The notes: generated by a model from the letters alone, not told the origin. Counted from the first letter of the stretch, positions 1-9,802 are shown. The stretch: DNA of 64,000 nucleotides from Thermodesulfobacteriota bacterium (GCA_013154175.1 JAADCZ010000060.1:7530-71529), one strand, 5' to 3'. Made by a program: numbers and translations.

Positions 1-2
1 CT

Positions 3-671
3 GCTCGAGATGCCCGGGGCAAAGGGGTCCGAATCGCTGTTGCCTGGGACAAGGCCTTTTGTTTTTACTACAGGCGCAACCTTGACTTGTTGGAAGAGCT
101 TGGCGCCAGACTGTCTTTTTTCTCCCCCCTGGAAGATTCCCATTTGCCAGAGCCTGTTCACGGGCTTTACCTTGGAGGCGGTTACCCTGAGCTTTATGGC
201 CAAAGGCTTTCCCAGAACCATTCCATGCTCGGCACCATAAGGAATCTTGCCCTAAAAGGGCTTCCGGTCTTTGCCGAGTGCGGCGGATTCATGTACCTTG
301 GCAAGGGGCTCTTGGAAGATGATGGAAACTTCCATCCCTGGTGTGGTGTTCACCCTGCGGCCTTTGTAATGGAAAAGAGGTTTCAGGCCCTTGGATATAG
401 GGAAGTCAAACTCAAGGAAAGATGTTTGCTTGGCACTGCCGGAACCATATTTAGGGGCCATGAGTTTAGATATTCAAAACCCAGCACACCCCTTGTCTGT
501 TCTGGCTCCAAATTCGAGGCAGTGGATTCATTCCACTCCCAAGTGGACGTTCCCTGTTATGTGTGCAGAAATATTTTTGCCAGTTATATTCATGTTCATT
601 TCGACAGCAATCCCCTAGTTGCTGCAAGTTTTGTAGAAAGGTGCATGGAATATCAAGAAAGTGTTGGCTGA
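3..671 (+). CDS. cbiA: cobyrinate a,c-diamide synthase, C-terminal glutamine amidotransferase part (5' end outside window)
   Basis: The frame is open from base 3 (ARDARGKGVRIAVAWDKAFCFYYRRNLDLLEELGA...). Motifs typical of CbiA/CobB are present: FCFYY, GGGYPELY and the AECGGFMYL nucleophile-Cys motif. The track ORF 87..671 is the in-frame distal part. Confidence 0.85.
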   Translation, partial: ARDARGKGVRIAVAWDKAFCFYYRRNLDLLEELGARLSFFSPLEDSHLPEPVHGLYLGGGYPELYGQRLSQNHSMLGTIRNLALKGLPVFAECGGFMYLGKGLLEDDGNFHPWCGVHPAAFVMEKRFQALGYREVKLKERCLLGTAGTIFRGHEFRYSKPSTPLVCSGSKFEAVDSFHSQVDVPCYVCRNIFASYIHVHFDSNPLVAASFVERCMEYQESVG

Positions 672-3336
672 GATAAAATCTCGAATCAGGCAGCTGGTTA
701 TCCTCTGGGTGCAGATGGTGACCAGGCGGCCACTTCTTGTGGCCCTAGTTGGGGTGGTTTTGGGCCTGGCAGCAGGTGTCTATTCGGCACGAAATCTTGG
801 AGTCATAACTGATACGTCGGTTATGTTGTCCAAGGATCTAGGTTATCTGAAGGTTTACCGGCACTTTAAAAAGGAGTTCCCCCATTCCTACAACCAGATT
901 GTAATTCTGATCAAGGGGATAACCCCGGACCTCGCCATGGATGGCAGGGACAGGCTCGCCAAGGCCCTTAGGTCAAAACCTGCTCTTTTCCCATGGGTTT
1001 ATTTACCTGGTGATGACACCTTTTTTAAAAAGAATGGTTTGCTGTTTCTCTCAGTCGACGAACTCGAGGAACTTGCTGACAATCTGGCAAAGGCCCAACC
1101 AATTCTTGCAAGACTCGTGGAGGAGCCCAATCTTGCCGGTTTCTTTTCCATCCTGTGTGACGCCTTGAGCGCTGGCAGAAATGGACAGAAAATTAGTCTC
1201 CTAACCCTCTTTGAGGAGCTGGATACAACCTTTAAAAGGCTGGAGCAGGGTAAATTCTACCAGATGTCATGGGTAAGGCTCATGACGAGTGACAAGGCTA
1301 CAAAGGCCACCCATGAGTTGATATTGGTTCAGCCCAGGGTCAACTATGAGTCCATGCTCCCTGGCAAGGAGGCAATCAAGACCATAAAGGAGATGGCAGC
1401 CTCATTGGGGCTCGTTCCAGAAAAGGGCATAACCGTAATGCTCACCGGGGACATTCCCATGCAGTACGACGAGCTCAGGAGCGTTACCCAAGGGGCCAAG
1501 CTTGCAGGCATACTGTCCCTCATCATGGTGAGTATTGTTCTTCTAACCGGCCTTGGCTCCTTTAGGCTCATGTTCGCAACACTTTTTCCCCTTGTGTTGG
1601 GCCTCTTGTTTACGGCAGCCTTTGCAGCCTGGGCCATTGGCCACCTAAACATGATATCAGTGGCCTTTGCAGTGCTCTTCATAGGGCTAGGTGTCGACTA
1701 TGCCATTCATTACTGCCTTCGCTACAGAGAGCTCCTTCTTGGCGGCTCTCAATCCACTTCCGCCCTCATCGAGGCAGCAGGGGATGTAGGCCCATCCCTT
1801 GTCCTTTGTGCAATAACAACAAGTATCGGATTTTACAGCTTCATTCCCACAGACTTTTCAGGTGTGGCAGAGCTTGGGCTTATTTCGGGGACAGGCATGT
1901 TTATAGCCCTTTTTTGTAACTTCACCTTTTTGCCTGCGCTCATTTCCCTATTTCCCCTAAGGCCCCATGCCAGGCAGCCATATTTTCTAACCTCTGACAG
2001 CCATCCATTTTTCAAGGCCCTGATTGCCTTGCCCTACCGCCACTCGCGACTGATAAGGGTTGTTGCAATCGCCTTGAGCCTTGTTTGCCTATTTTTGACT
2101 TTAAAGGTGCGTTTTGATTCAAACCCCATAAATTTGCGTGATCCTGATGCAGAGTCCATCCGGGCATTCAAGGAACTTTTAAAGGACCCAAACGGCTCAC
2201 CCTGGAGTCTAGAGTCCCTTGCCCCTAACAGGGTGGCAGCCAGGCAGAGGAAAGAGGCCTTTGAAAGGTTGCCCCTTGTGCGCCACGCCATTTACCTGGA
2301 ATCCTTCGTTCCTACCCAACAGGAAGAAAAGCTTGAAGTCATATCCGATATGGAACTTATGCTCGGCTCCTTGTTAAATGCGCCTATCAGGCTGGATACC
2401 ACCAATTGGCCCAAAGAGTTTATGTGGCTCGAAAGGTTTGACAGGGAGCTTGGCCAGTCACTTTCAATCCTTGATCCAGAAGAAAGAGAGGTGGCAAGGG
2501 AGCTCGATGTCAGAATGACAAAGTATGTCTCAAGGCTCAAGGGCCTCGACGATGAAGAAAAGGCCAAGAGCATGAATGGTCTTCGCAAAGCCATACTTGG
2601 GGCCTTTCCTGGCCGTATGGAGGCCTTGAGACTTGCCTTGTCACCATCCAGGGTAACCCTGGCTTCCTTGCCCAAGCAGCTTGTTTCCCAGTGGATAGGT
2701 CTTGACGGAAGCTGGCGTATTCAGGTCGTTCCTGCCAAGAATCCTGAAAACGATCAGGAGATAATGAATTTTATAAATGAGGCCAGAAAGGTTGATAAAA
2801 ACGTGACAGGCTATCCGGTCTTGATCATCGAAGGGGGTAGGGCAGTGGTTCGGGCCTTTAAACAGGCATTTGGCTATAGCCTCATCTCCATACTGGTGTT
2901 GCTCGTGGTGTTGATGCCGCGGATGCGGGATGCCTTTGTCATACTTTACTCCCTGATTCTTGCAGGCCTTTTGAGCGGTGCCATAATGGCCTTGATAAAT
3001 ATGCCCCTCAACTTTGCAAACATCATTGCACTGCCCCTGATACTTGGTATCGGTGTGGACAATGGCATTCATATTGTTCACAGATATCGGCAGGGCCTTC
3101 ATACATCTGGTTCAATCTTACGAACCAGCACTGCAAGGGGTATATTTTTCAGCACCCTCACCACCATTTGCGGCTTTGGCAACCTGGCAGTCTCGTCCCA
3201 TGTGGGAATGGCCAGTATGGGAAAACTGCTAACCATTGGCATCACCATGACGCTTATCACCTCTGTAATCGTGATTCCTGCGTTTTTGTCTCTCACCGAT
3301 TCAAATGGCGTAGGAAAAGGGCAAGGTCCAGGGTAA
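661..3336 (+). CDS. MMPL/RND-superfamily exporter (HpnN-like, two 6-TM bundles with large periplasmic loops)
   Basis: 891 aa. Two hydrophobic blocks resemble MMPL/sterol-sensing domains (GLGVDYAIHY..., GIGVDNGIHIVHRY), each after a large soluble loop. GTG start at 661 overlaps the cbiA stop by 11 nt; ATG at 715 is an alternative start. Confidence 0.8.
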   Translation: MLAEIKSRIRQLVILWVQMVTRRPLLVALVGVVLGLAAGVYSARNLGVITDTSVMLSKDLGYLKVYRHFKKEFPHSYNQIVILIKGITPDLAMDGRDRLAKALRSKPALFPWVYLPGDDTFFKKNGLLFLSVDELEELADNLAKAQPILARLVEEPNLAGFFSILCDALSAGRNGQKISLLTLFEELDTTFKRLEQGKFYQMSWVRLMTSDKATKATHELILVQPRVNYESMLPGKEAIKTIKEMAASLGLVPEKGITVMLTGDIPMQYDELRSVTQGAKLAGILSLIMVSIVLLTGLGSFRLMFATLFPLVLGLLFTAAFAAWAIGHLNMISVAFAVLFIGLGVDYAIHYCLRYRELLLGGSQSTSALIEAAGDVGPSLVLCAITTSIGFYSFIPTDFSGVAELGLISGTGMFIALFCNFTFLPALISLFPLRPHARQPYFLTSDSHPFFKALIALPYRHSRLIRVVAIALSLVCLFLTLKVRFDSNPINLRDPDAESIRAFKELLKDPNGSPWSLESLAPNRVAARQRKEAFERLPLVRHAIYLESFVPTQQEEKLEVISDMELMLGSLLNAPIRLDTTNWPKEFMWLERFDRELGQSLSILDPEEREVARELDVRMTKYVSRLKGLDDEEKAKSMNGLRKAILGAFPGRMEALRLALSPSRVTLASLPKQLVSQWIGLDGSWRIQVVPAKNPENDQEIMNFINEARKVDKNVTGYPVLIIEGGRAVVRAFKQAFGYSLISILVLLVVLMPRMRDAFVILYSLILAGLLSGAIMALINMPLNFANIIALPLILGIGVDNGIHIVHRYRQGLHTSGSILRTSTARGIFFSTLTTICGFGNLAVSSHVGMASMGKLLTIGITMTLITSVIVIPAFLSLTDSNGVGKGQGPG

Positions 3337-3971
3337 TGAAGACATTTAGAAGAAGATATTATGACTTTTTTTCCAACTTTTACGACAAGATCATTGCCCT
3401 TCACAGCAAGGACAAGAGTGCCAGGCTAAGGCGTTTTCTCCTGGCAAAGAGTGGTTTTCGTCCGGGCCAGTACCTCTTGGACGTATGCACTGGTACAGGT
3501 GCAGTGGCCCTCGAGGCGGCAAGCCTCGCCAAGGGCCAGGGCTGTGTGACAGCAGTGGATTTTTCCCATGGCATGTTGAGCCGTGCCAGGGCCAAGGCAA
3601 GCTCCAGGGGCCTTCAGGTTCATTTTGCCTTGGCAGATGTCTCCATGCTTCCCTTCAAGGATGAAGTTTTTCATGTGGTAACCTGTTCCCATGCCATGTA
3701 TGAACTAAAGGCTAAGGTGCGCACCAAGGCTCTGGGTGAGTTTCGACGGGTGCTGAAAAGGGGCGGCATTTTCATCATGATGGAGCACTCGGCTCCTGAA
3801 TCTCCATTTATCAAGTTCCTGTACAACCTCCGGATAATGACAATGGGTTCGTGGGAGAACAGGCGTTTTGCCCTTGATGAAAGAGGGGAGCTTTCAAGAT
3901 TTTTCGAAAATGTCCGTCTTGAGCCAACACCCTCTGGAAGGTCGAAGGTGGTGTATGGATTTAAGGCCTAG
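3336..3971 (+). CDS. class I SAM-dependent methyltransferase
   Basis: SAM-binding motif LDVCTGTGAVALE and the downstream acidic/hydrophobic motifs of the Methyltransf_11 type. ATG at 3336 overlaps the MMPL stop (TAATG). The track ORF start at 3168 is an upstream extension inside the MMPL gene. Confidence 0.75.
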   Translation: MKTFRRRYYDFFSNFYDKIIALHSKDKSARLRRFLLAKSGFRPGQYLLDVCTGTGAVALEAASLAKGQGCVTAVDFSHGMLSRARAKASSRGLQVHFALADVSMLPFKDEVFHVVTCSHAMYELKAKVRTKALGEFRRVLKRGGIFIMMEHSAPESPFIKFLYNLRIMTMGSWENRRFALDERGELSRFFENVRLEPTPSGRSKVVYGFKA

Positions 3972-4779
3972 CTCCCTTGGCGGCCATGTTCCCGTTGCCG
4001 CCAATCTGAAGCTCGATTCCCCTGTTGGAAACGAGCCGTCTGGCCGCCAGTGTGGCAAAGAGCATGGAACCCAAGGCATTTGAGGCGGCTATCATGAACA
4101 TGATGACAATTTGATAGGCCACGGCCTGTACAGGCGATGCCCCGGCCACTATCTGGCCTGTCATCATGCCTGGAAGGGAGACTATGCCTGCCACGGTCAT
4201 GTTGTTAATTATTGGAATCATGCCGGTTCTCACCGCCTGTCTTGCCCCTTCCAGCACAGCTTCCTGTCTGGTTGCTCCAAAGCACAAGGCTAGTTCCACC
4301 TCCCTTTGTCTGGACCTTAAATATTCGAGGAACCGGTCGAGGCACAAACAAATGCCATTGAGGGAGTTTCCAAATATCATCCCAAAGATTGGAATTACAT
4401 ACTGAGGGTCATACCAGGGCCTTACCTTGATTATCACCTGTGTGACAAGCAGCCCCACGGTCAAGCTGGTAAATGTCATGGTGGCCAGGGCGTCGAGATT
4501 TATGCCCTTGTATTTGCTTTTGGCACGTCTGACTGCCTCTCTCGAGGCCATGAAGAGCATGAAGGCAAGCCATGCCAGCACCAGATAGGGCGAGTTTATC
4601 TGGAAGATCTTCTTTAAAATGAGGCCAATTGCCCCTAGCTGGAGCATGCAGCGGGTTGCAGCAATGGCCAAGGAACGGGTGAGCCCGAGCCTGAGGGCCA
4701 GTGAAATGCTCGATGCGATAACGATTAGTCCAACTGCCAGTAATAAATCAAATGTGGTCAGCTCTATGTAGTGTCCCAT
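3961..4779 (-). CDS. fetB: iron-export ABC transporter permease FetB (YbbM/UPF0014 family)
   Basis: 272-aa polytopic membrane protein with YbbM-like sequence. It lies immediately downstream of, and overlaps, a YbbL-like ATPase gene. Confidence 0.75.
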   Translation of the reverse strand: MGHYIELTTFDLLLAVGLIVIASSISLALRLGLTRSLAIAATRCMLQLGAIGLILKKIFQINSPYLVLAWLAFMLFMASREAVRRAKSKYKGINLDALATMTFTSLTVGLLVTQVIIKVRPWYDPQYVIPIFGMIFGNSLNGICLCLDRFLEYLRSRQREVELALCFGATRQEAVLEGARQAVRTGMIPIINNMTVAGIVSLPGMMTGQIVAGASPVQAVAYQIVIMFMIAASNALGSMLFATLAARRLVSNRGIELQIGGNGNMAAKGARP

Positions 4780-5449
4780 CCTTAAGCCTCAGTGAAATGT
4801 CCGCCTGTTTGGCAAAGCGTTCCTCATGAAGTACACAGATAACGGTGTTTGGGCCTTGTCGGGCATAGTCTTTGAGTAGTTCGAAGCACTCCTGGGCAAG
4901 CTCCGGCTCCAGGCCAGAAAGGGGTTCGTCTGCCAGAAGGACTGGAGGGGCCCACAAGAGCCCTCGCACAAGGGCGAGCCTGTGTCGTTCCCCGCCGCTC
5001 AGGCCATCAACCTGGTGGTCCAAATGGAATTGGGAGAGTTTGACCCTTTTGAGGAGCCTCATGGCCCGGTCTGGCTCAAAGACCCTGCCAGGGTTGTTTT
5101 TGAATGAAAAGGGAAAGGAGAGATTGTCCCTTATGGAGCCTGGAAGGCAAGGTGCGTCCTGTAACAAGAGGGTGACCTGGGTGCGCCAATGGGGAAGTTT
5201 CTTGGGACTATAGGTGGTATCTCCTATCCGTCGCACGCCAACAGAGGCGTTATTGAGGCCACAGACTGCCCTAAGGAGTGAGGTCTTGCCAGAGCCGGAA
5301 GGCCCTGAAATTACACAAAGACATGGCGGAGACAGGGCAAGGGTTACATGCCTGAGCAGGTGTCTTCCCAAGGGGTCAATGTAGTCGATAGGGCCGCAAT
5401 AGAAGTCCTTCGAGGCCTTTGGTGCTGTTCTTGACGGGTCCTTTTCCAT
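4748..5449 (-). CDS. fetA: ABC transporter ATP-binding protein FetA (YbbL-like)
   Basis: Walker A GPSGSGKTSLL, signature LSGGERHRLAL and Walker B LLADEP. The 32-nt overlap with fetB implies an operon. Confidence 0.75.
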   Translation of the reverse strand: MEKDPSRTAPKASKDFYCGPIDYIDPLGRHLLRHVTLALSPPCLCVISGPSGSGKTSLLRAVCGLNNASVGVRRIGDTTYSPKKLPHWRTQVTLLLQDAPCLPGSIRDNLSFPFSFKNNPGRVFEPDRAMRLLKRVKLSQFHLDHQVDGLSGGERHRLALVRGLLWAPPVLLADEPLSGLEPELAQECFELLKDYARQGPNTVICVLHEERFAKQADISLRLKDGTLHRADHI

Positions 5450-5491
5450 ACTTATCTTTTTAACAAAAAAGATGCCAAGGAGGTATTAAAA

Positions 5492-5935
5492 ATGTTTGAA
5501 ATTGCTCCGTGGAAACCAGTTTCGGAGCTTTCAAATCTCAAACGCGAGATGGATAAGCTCTGGTCAGAATTTTTCGGACAGGGAGAGATTGCACCAAGAA
5601 CAGAGACTTGGGTTCCAGCCGTGGACGTTTCCGAGACCAAAGATGCAGTTATAGTCAAGGCTGAAATTCCTGGCATGGACCCAAAGGATATCGATGTCTC
5701 CCTTTCCGGCGACACCCTGATAATAAAGGGTGAGAAGAAGGTTGAAAAGGAAGAAAAGGACGAGAATTTCTACAGGATCGAAATGAGAAGGGGAAGCTTT
5801 CAGAGGGCCATTCCCATTCCTGTTCCAGTGGACAAGGACAAGATCGAGGCCAAGTATGAAAATGGAATTTTGAAGATCAAGCTTCCCAAGACAGAAGAGA
5901 CGAAACCCAAGCAGATAGAGGTGAAGGCATCCTAA
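5492..5935 (+). CDS. Hsp20/alpha-crystallin family small heat-shock protein
   Basis: 147 aa with an alpha-crystallin domain (PAVDVSETKDAVIVKAEIPGMDPKDIDVSL..., ENGILKIKLPK). Strong SD AAGGAGG at 5477-5483. Confidence 0.9.
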   Translation: MFEIAPWKPVSELSNLKREMDKLWSEFFGQGEIAPRTETWVPAVDVSETKDAVIVKAEIPGMDPKDIDVSLSGDTLIIKGEKKVEKEEKDENFYRIEMRRGSFQRAIPIPVPVDKDKIEAKYENGILKIKLPKTEETKPKQIEVKAS

Positions 5936-5972
5936 TGCCTTCATAGGAAGTGGAGCAGGAACGTTTTGAAAA

Positions 5973-6000
5973 AGCGGCAGGGGTGCCGCTTTTTTGTTTT
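5973..6000. terminator. bidirectional rho-independent terminator between hsp20 (+) and rpoD (-)
   Basis: Perfect 7-bp stem AGCGGCA/TGCCGCT with a GGGG loop. It is flanked by an A-run upstream and a T-run downstream, so it can act on both strands. Confidence 0.75.
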
Positions 6001-6054
6001 TAGGCCCAAAGAGAAGTCATAAGTGGGCCAGGGTTTTTGGATTCGAGCCCTTTT

Positions 6055-7539
6055 TCAGCCCTTTATCAGGCTTCTTAGGAGCTTGCTTTTGCTCGGATGT
6101 CTCAGCTTTTGCAGGGCCTTTGCCTCGATCTGACGAATTCTTTCCCTGGTAACGGCAAAATCCCTTCCCACCTCTTCCAGGGTCTTGTCCGAGTCTTCGC
6201 CTATTCCAAATCTCATCCTGAGAATCTTTTCCTCCCTGGGAGTCAGGGTGGACAGGGCAAGGCGTACCTGCCTGGTGAGGTTGGTCAGGATTGCCTGCTC
6301 ATCTGGCGGAAGAGCGTTTTTGTCTTCTATGAAATCCAGAAGTTCGCATCCGTCCTCGTCGCCCACAGGGCTCTCCAGGGACAGGGGCTGATTTATTAGC
6401 CTGAGTATGTTTACCAGCTTTTTCTCTGGTATCTTCATGATGGAGGCAAGTTCTGTTGGTGTGGGCTCGCGCCCCTTCTCGGCTATGAAGGCCTTGGTGA
6501 CCTTGGCTATGCTGTTCAGGGTTTCCACTGTGTGTACAGGGATGCGAATTGTCCGTGACTGGTCGGCAATTGCCCTGGTGATTGCCTGTCTTATCCACCA
6601 GGTGGCATAGGTGCTGAATTTATAGCCCTTTTTGTATTCAAATTTTTCAACGGCCTTGATGAGTCCTATGTTTCCTTCCTGAATGAGATCTAGAAGGTGC
6701 AGGCCTTTGTTGACGTGGCGTTTTGCAATGCTTACAACCAGGCGCAGGTTTGCCTTTACGAGTTTTTCCCTAGCTTGGTTTGTTCGTTGCAAGGCATTGT
6801 AGTAGCTCCTTACAACCTCGTTTAGCGCCTCTTCCGAAAGGCCTGTGGCAAAGAAGAGGCCTTCCATGTCCTCGTTGGCAGCATCCCGAATGAATTGCTC
6901 AAAGGCTGTGCGAACAATTTGGAGAAATGTCTTTTCAATGCGGCCCTTTCCCAAGACCTCGATTATTTCAGAAGGGATGCGTCTTATTTGCTCAGCTATT
7001 TCCTGCATCTTGTCCGGATCCGACGCAGAGTCTTTGAGCTCCTCGAGTAACCTTTTCCTCTTTTGCTCTATGGCGCGAATTCTTTTGAGCAGGCTCTTGG
7101 TGGTCTTGTAGCCGGCGAATCTTTCCTCCTGGGCAGTGCGTTCACTGTCCTCGGCCTCTTCATCCTCAGAGTCTTTGGAGAGCTTTTTTATTATCTCATC
7201 TACCACCTGAGGAATGTGAAGGGCGCAGAAGACATAGTTCCTCTCTCCTTCCTCCAGCAGGTGAGCAACCTCTGCCTCCTCCTTTCTTGTCAGGACCTTG
7301 CCAGCGCTCATTTCCTTGAGATAGAGCCGGACAGGGTCTGTCACCGCCTTTGGAGGCAATTCGCTTTGACTAGTTTCGTTTACACTATCCAGCAGCTTTT
7401 CAGATTCTGGCAGAAGGGGTTCAGTATCAAAGATTAAGTCAGAGGTATCCTCACCATTGTTGGCAACCCCGACATCACTATCGAAGCCTTGATGCTGTTT
7501 TGCCTTGAGCCTGTCCTTTTCCCCGTTTTTCAGGGTCAT
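6055..7539 (-). CDS. rpoD: RNA polymerase primary sigma factor RpoD
   Basis: Region 2 to 4 motifs: LIQEGNIGLIKAVEKFEYKKGYKFSTYATWWIRQAITRAIADQSRTIRIPVH and a C-terminal region 4.2 (TLEEVGRDFAVTRERIRQIEAKALQKLRH). It directly follows dnaG. Confidence 0.95.
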   Translation of the reverse strand: MTLKNGEKDRLKAKQHQGFDSDVGVANNGEDTSDLIFDTEPLLPESEKLLDSVNETSQSELPPKAVTDPVRLYLKEMSAGKVLTRKEEAEVAHLLEEGERNYVFCALHIPQVVDEIIKKLSKDSEDEEAEDSERTAQEERFAGYKTTKSLLKRIRAIEQKRKRLLEELKDSASDPDKMQEIAEQIRRIPSEIIEVLGKGRIEKTFLQIVRTAFEQFIRDAANEDMEGLFFATGLSEEALNEVVRSYYNALQRTNQAREKLVKANLRLVVSIAKRHVNKGLHLLDLIQEGNIGLIKAVEKFEYKKGYKFSTYATWWIRQAITRAIADQSRTIRIPVHTVETLNSIAKVTKAFIAEKGREPTPTELASIMKIPEKKLVNILRLINQPLSLESPVGDEDGCELLDFIEDKNALPPDEQAILTNLTRQVRLALSTLTPREEKILRMRFGIGEDSDKTLEEVGRDFAVTRERIRQIEAKALQKLRHPSKSKLLRSLIKG

Positions 7540-7560
7540 AAACCCTCCCCCTAAAATACT

Positions 7561-9345
7561 TTATCTAAGGCTGAGGAGATCCCTTAGCAGATGCTCGCAA
7601 TCTCCTTCTTCCCCTTGCTCCCTAATCTGTTGGATGAGCTGCATCCTAAGTGCGCGTTTTTTTCGCTCCATACAGCTCTTTTCCAAATCTTTTACCATGC
7701 TTTCAATATCGCTGCACGGCGGAAATGCCGATGCCAGGCGCATTGCAGTGGAGCGAAGCTCTGGTGCATGCTCCAACCTTTCATAAAGTTCACTGAGACT
7801 TAGCCGACCTGTAAGTGAGTGCAAATGGACCATTGCATCCCATAGCTCCGCAAGGTCCCTATCTTCAAGCCAAAGTTCCAGCCCAAGATCGAGAAATCTG
7901 TCCATGTACTGGGGGTAACTGAGCAGAAACCCCAAAATTTTTTCCTCTGCCCTGTTTTTCCTTTTGGCCAAGACCTTTGGCTTGGCCTGCGCATCATTGC
8001 CCTTGTCTTTGCTATAGGCTACCCTTAGGGGCTTGTTCCGTTCCCTGCGCTCAAGGTTTTGCCACAAACTTTCTTCCCTGACCCCAAGTTTTCTGGAGAT
8101 GTGCCCCACGAAGAGGGATTTTCGCACAGGGTCCTGGACTTGGCTGATGGCGTCCAGGGCCGACTCTATGGTCTTGAGGGTTCCTTCCGTATCTGTGCCA
8201 AAGTGGCGTTTGCCCATGTCAATCAGGTAGTCCAGGCCAGACTGGGCTGTGGAAACGAGTTCAAGAAGTTTGTCCGGGCCATTTTTTCTGACGAAACTGT
8301 CCGGGTCCTCACCTTCTGGCAGTACCAAGACCTTTGGGCGCAGGTCCACCTTGTAGCATATTGGAAGGGCCCTGGTTGCTGCCTTGAGCCCTGCCTCGTC
8401 TGCATCGAAAAGGAGCACCCATTCCTTGGTAACTCCCTTCATACGTCGGCCATGGTCCTCGGTCATGGCTGTGCCAAGGCTGGCAACGGCCTGGCGTATG
8501 CCAAATTGCCAAAGGCTCACCACATCCATATAGCCTTCGACCATTAGGCCATATCCAGCCTTCCTTATGGCCCCCTTGTTCTGGTAAAGCCCATAGAGGA
8601 TCTTGCCCTTTTTGTAGATTGGCGACTCTGGAGAGTTTATATACTTGGGCTGTTCTTCCTGGCCTGGAAGGCCCACTGTTCGGCCGCCAAAGGCAACGAT
8701 ATTGCCCTGATGGTCGTGGATGGGAAATATTATTCTTCCCCTGAACCTGTCATACCAGCCAGGGGCATTTGCGCGTTTTATGATGAGGCCAGCCTGTTCG
8801 GCAAGTTCGAGATCCAGCCCCTTGGATTCGAGATGGCTGGTCAGGCCATCCCATGAATCCTCTGCCCATCCCAATTGGAACGTCTTTATGGTTTCATCAT
8901 CAAGGCCGCGAGATTCCAGATAGTTCCTTGCAAGCTCGGCGGTTTTTGAGCTTTCAAGTTGCGAGGTGAAGTAATGACTCGCCTCGAGGGTCAGCTCAAG
9001 AAGCTGCTCTTTCAGCTCTTTTTTCTTTCGTTCATGGGCAGAGACGGGCCTTTCTGGGATGGTGATTCCATAACGCTGGGCCAGGGCGCGGGCAGCTTCA
9101 GGAAATGAAATTCCCTGAATTTTCATTAAGAACTTGAAGACATTGCCCCCTTCACCACATCCAAAACAGTAGAAAATCTGTTTGTCTTCGTTAACGGTAA
9201 ATGAAGGATCCTTGTCTGAATGGAAGGGGCAAAGTCCCACCCAGTTTTTGCCCCTTTTTTTTAGAGGTACGAATTCCTGAACAACCTGCCTTATGTCGGC
9301 GGTTTCCCGAATGGTTTGAAGGATGTCTTCAGGGATGTATGTCAT
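7561..9345 (-). CDS. dnaG: DNA primase DnaG
   Basis: Zinc-finger CPFHSDKDPSFTV...CFGCGEGGN and TOPRIM region (VEGYMDVV..., LLFDADEAG). Classic dnaG-rpoD order. Confidence 0.95.
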   Translation of the reverse strand: MTYIPEDILQTIRETADIRQVVQEFVPLKKRGKNWVGLCPFHSDKDPSFTVNEDKQIFYCFGCGEGGNVFKFLMKIQGISFPEAARALAQRYGITIPERPVSAHERKKKELKEQLLELTLEASHYFTSQLESSKTAELARNYLESRGLDDETIKTFQLGWAEDSWDGLTSHLESKGLDLELAEQAGLIIKRANAPGWYDRFRGRIIFPIHDHQGNIVAFGGRTVGLPGQEEQPKYINSPESPIYKKGKILYGLYQNKGAIRKAGYGLMVEGYMDVVSLWQFGIRQAVASLGTAMTEDHGRRMKGVTKEWVLLFDADEAGLKAATRALPICYKVDLRPKVLVLPEGEDPDSFVRKNGPDKLLELVSTAQSGLDYLIDMGKRHFGTDTEGTLKTIESALDAISQVQDPVRKSLFVGHISRKLGVREESLWQNLERRERNKPLRVAYSKDKGNDAQAKPKVLAKRKNRAEEKILGFLLSYPQYMDRFLDLGLELWLEDRDLAELWDAMVHLHSLTGRLSLSELYERLEHAPELRSTAMRLASAFPPCSDIESMVKDLEKSCMERKKRALRMQLIQQIREQGEEGDCEHLLRDLLSLR

Positions 9346-9373
9346 TACAAAAAATCGTTTCTATTCCACGGGG

Positions 9374-9802
9374 TCAGTCCATTGTCAGCCTGCTCAGTGC
9401 ATCTGAAAGCTCCTTTGGTATCCTGGTGAGCCTGCCTGTGGTGTTAGCTGCTGCATGTTTTGTGCTCCCTGTTACCAGTATCTTGCCGTCTCTTTTGATT
9501 TCGTAACAAAAGGTCAGGGTTACAGGAGACCACTCACTAAGGCCGGTGCTTATTTCGAGGAGGTCATCATAGCCTGCCGGTGCCTTGTATCTTACATGGG
9601 CCTCCACGACGGGAAAGAGTACTCCCATGCCTTCAAGTTCCCGATATGGGGTTCCAAGTCTGGCCCTCATCCATTCAGTCCTACCCATTTCAAAGAGCCT
9701 CAGATAGTTGGCGTAATATACAACCCCGGCCCTGTCAGTGTCTCCATATATGACCCTGTACCGGATTGGATCACTCCATATTGGTCGTTTCTCGTTACTC
9801 AT
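9374..9802 (-). CDS. YbgC/4HBT-family acyl-CoA thioesterase
   Basis: 142 aa with the hot-dog thioesterase pattern VIYGDTDRAGVVYYANYLRLFEMGRTEWMR. Confidence 0.8.
   Translation of the reverse strand: MSNEKRPIWSDPIRYRVIYGDTDRAGVVYYANYLRLFEMGRTEWMRARLGTPYRELEGMGVLFPVVEAHVRYKAPAGYDDLLEISTGLSEWSPVTLTFCYEIKRDGKILVTGSTKHAAANTTGRLTRIPKELSDALSRLTMD

Noticed and set aside
3168-3335. Upstream in-frame extensions of track ORFs (methyltransferase 3168; likewise lpxB 28184, ispA 43204, dxs 44105, DJ-1 17268, rpoH 17842, nitroreductase 31207, archease 63450)
   Set aside because: The extensions overlap the preceding gene or lie upstream of the evident SD. Internal ATG codons with proper SD and family-typical N-termini were preferred.
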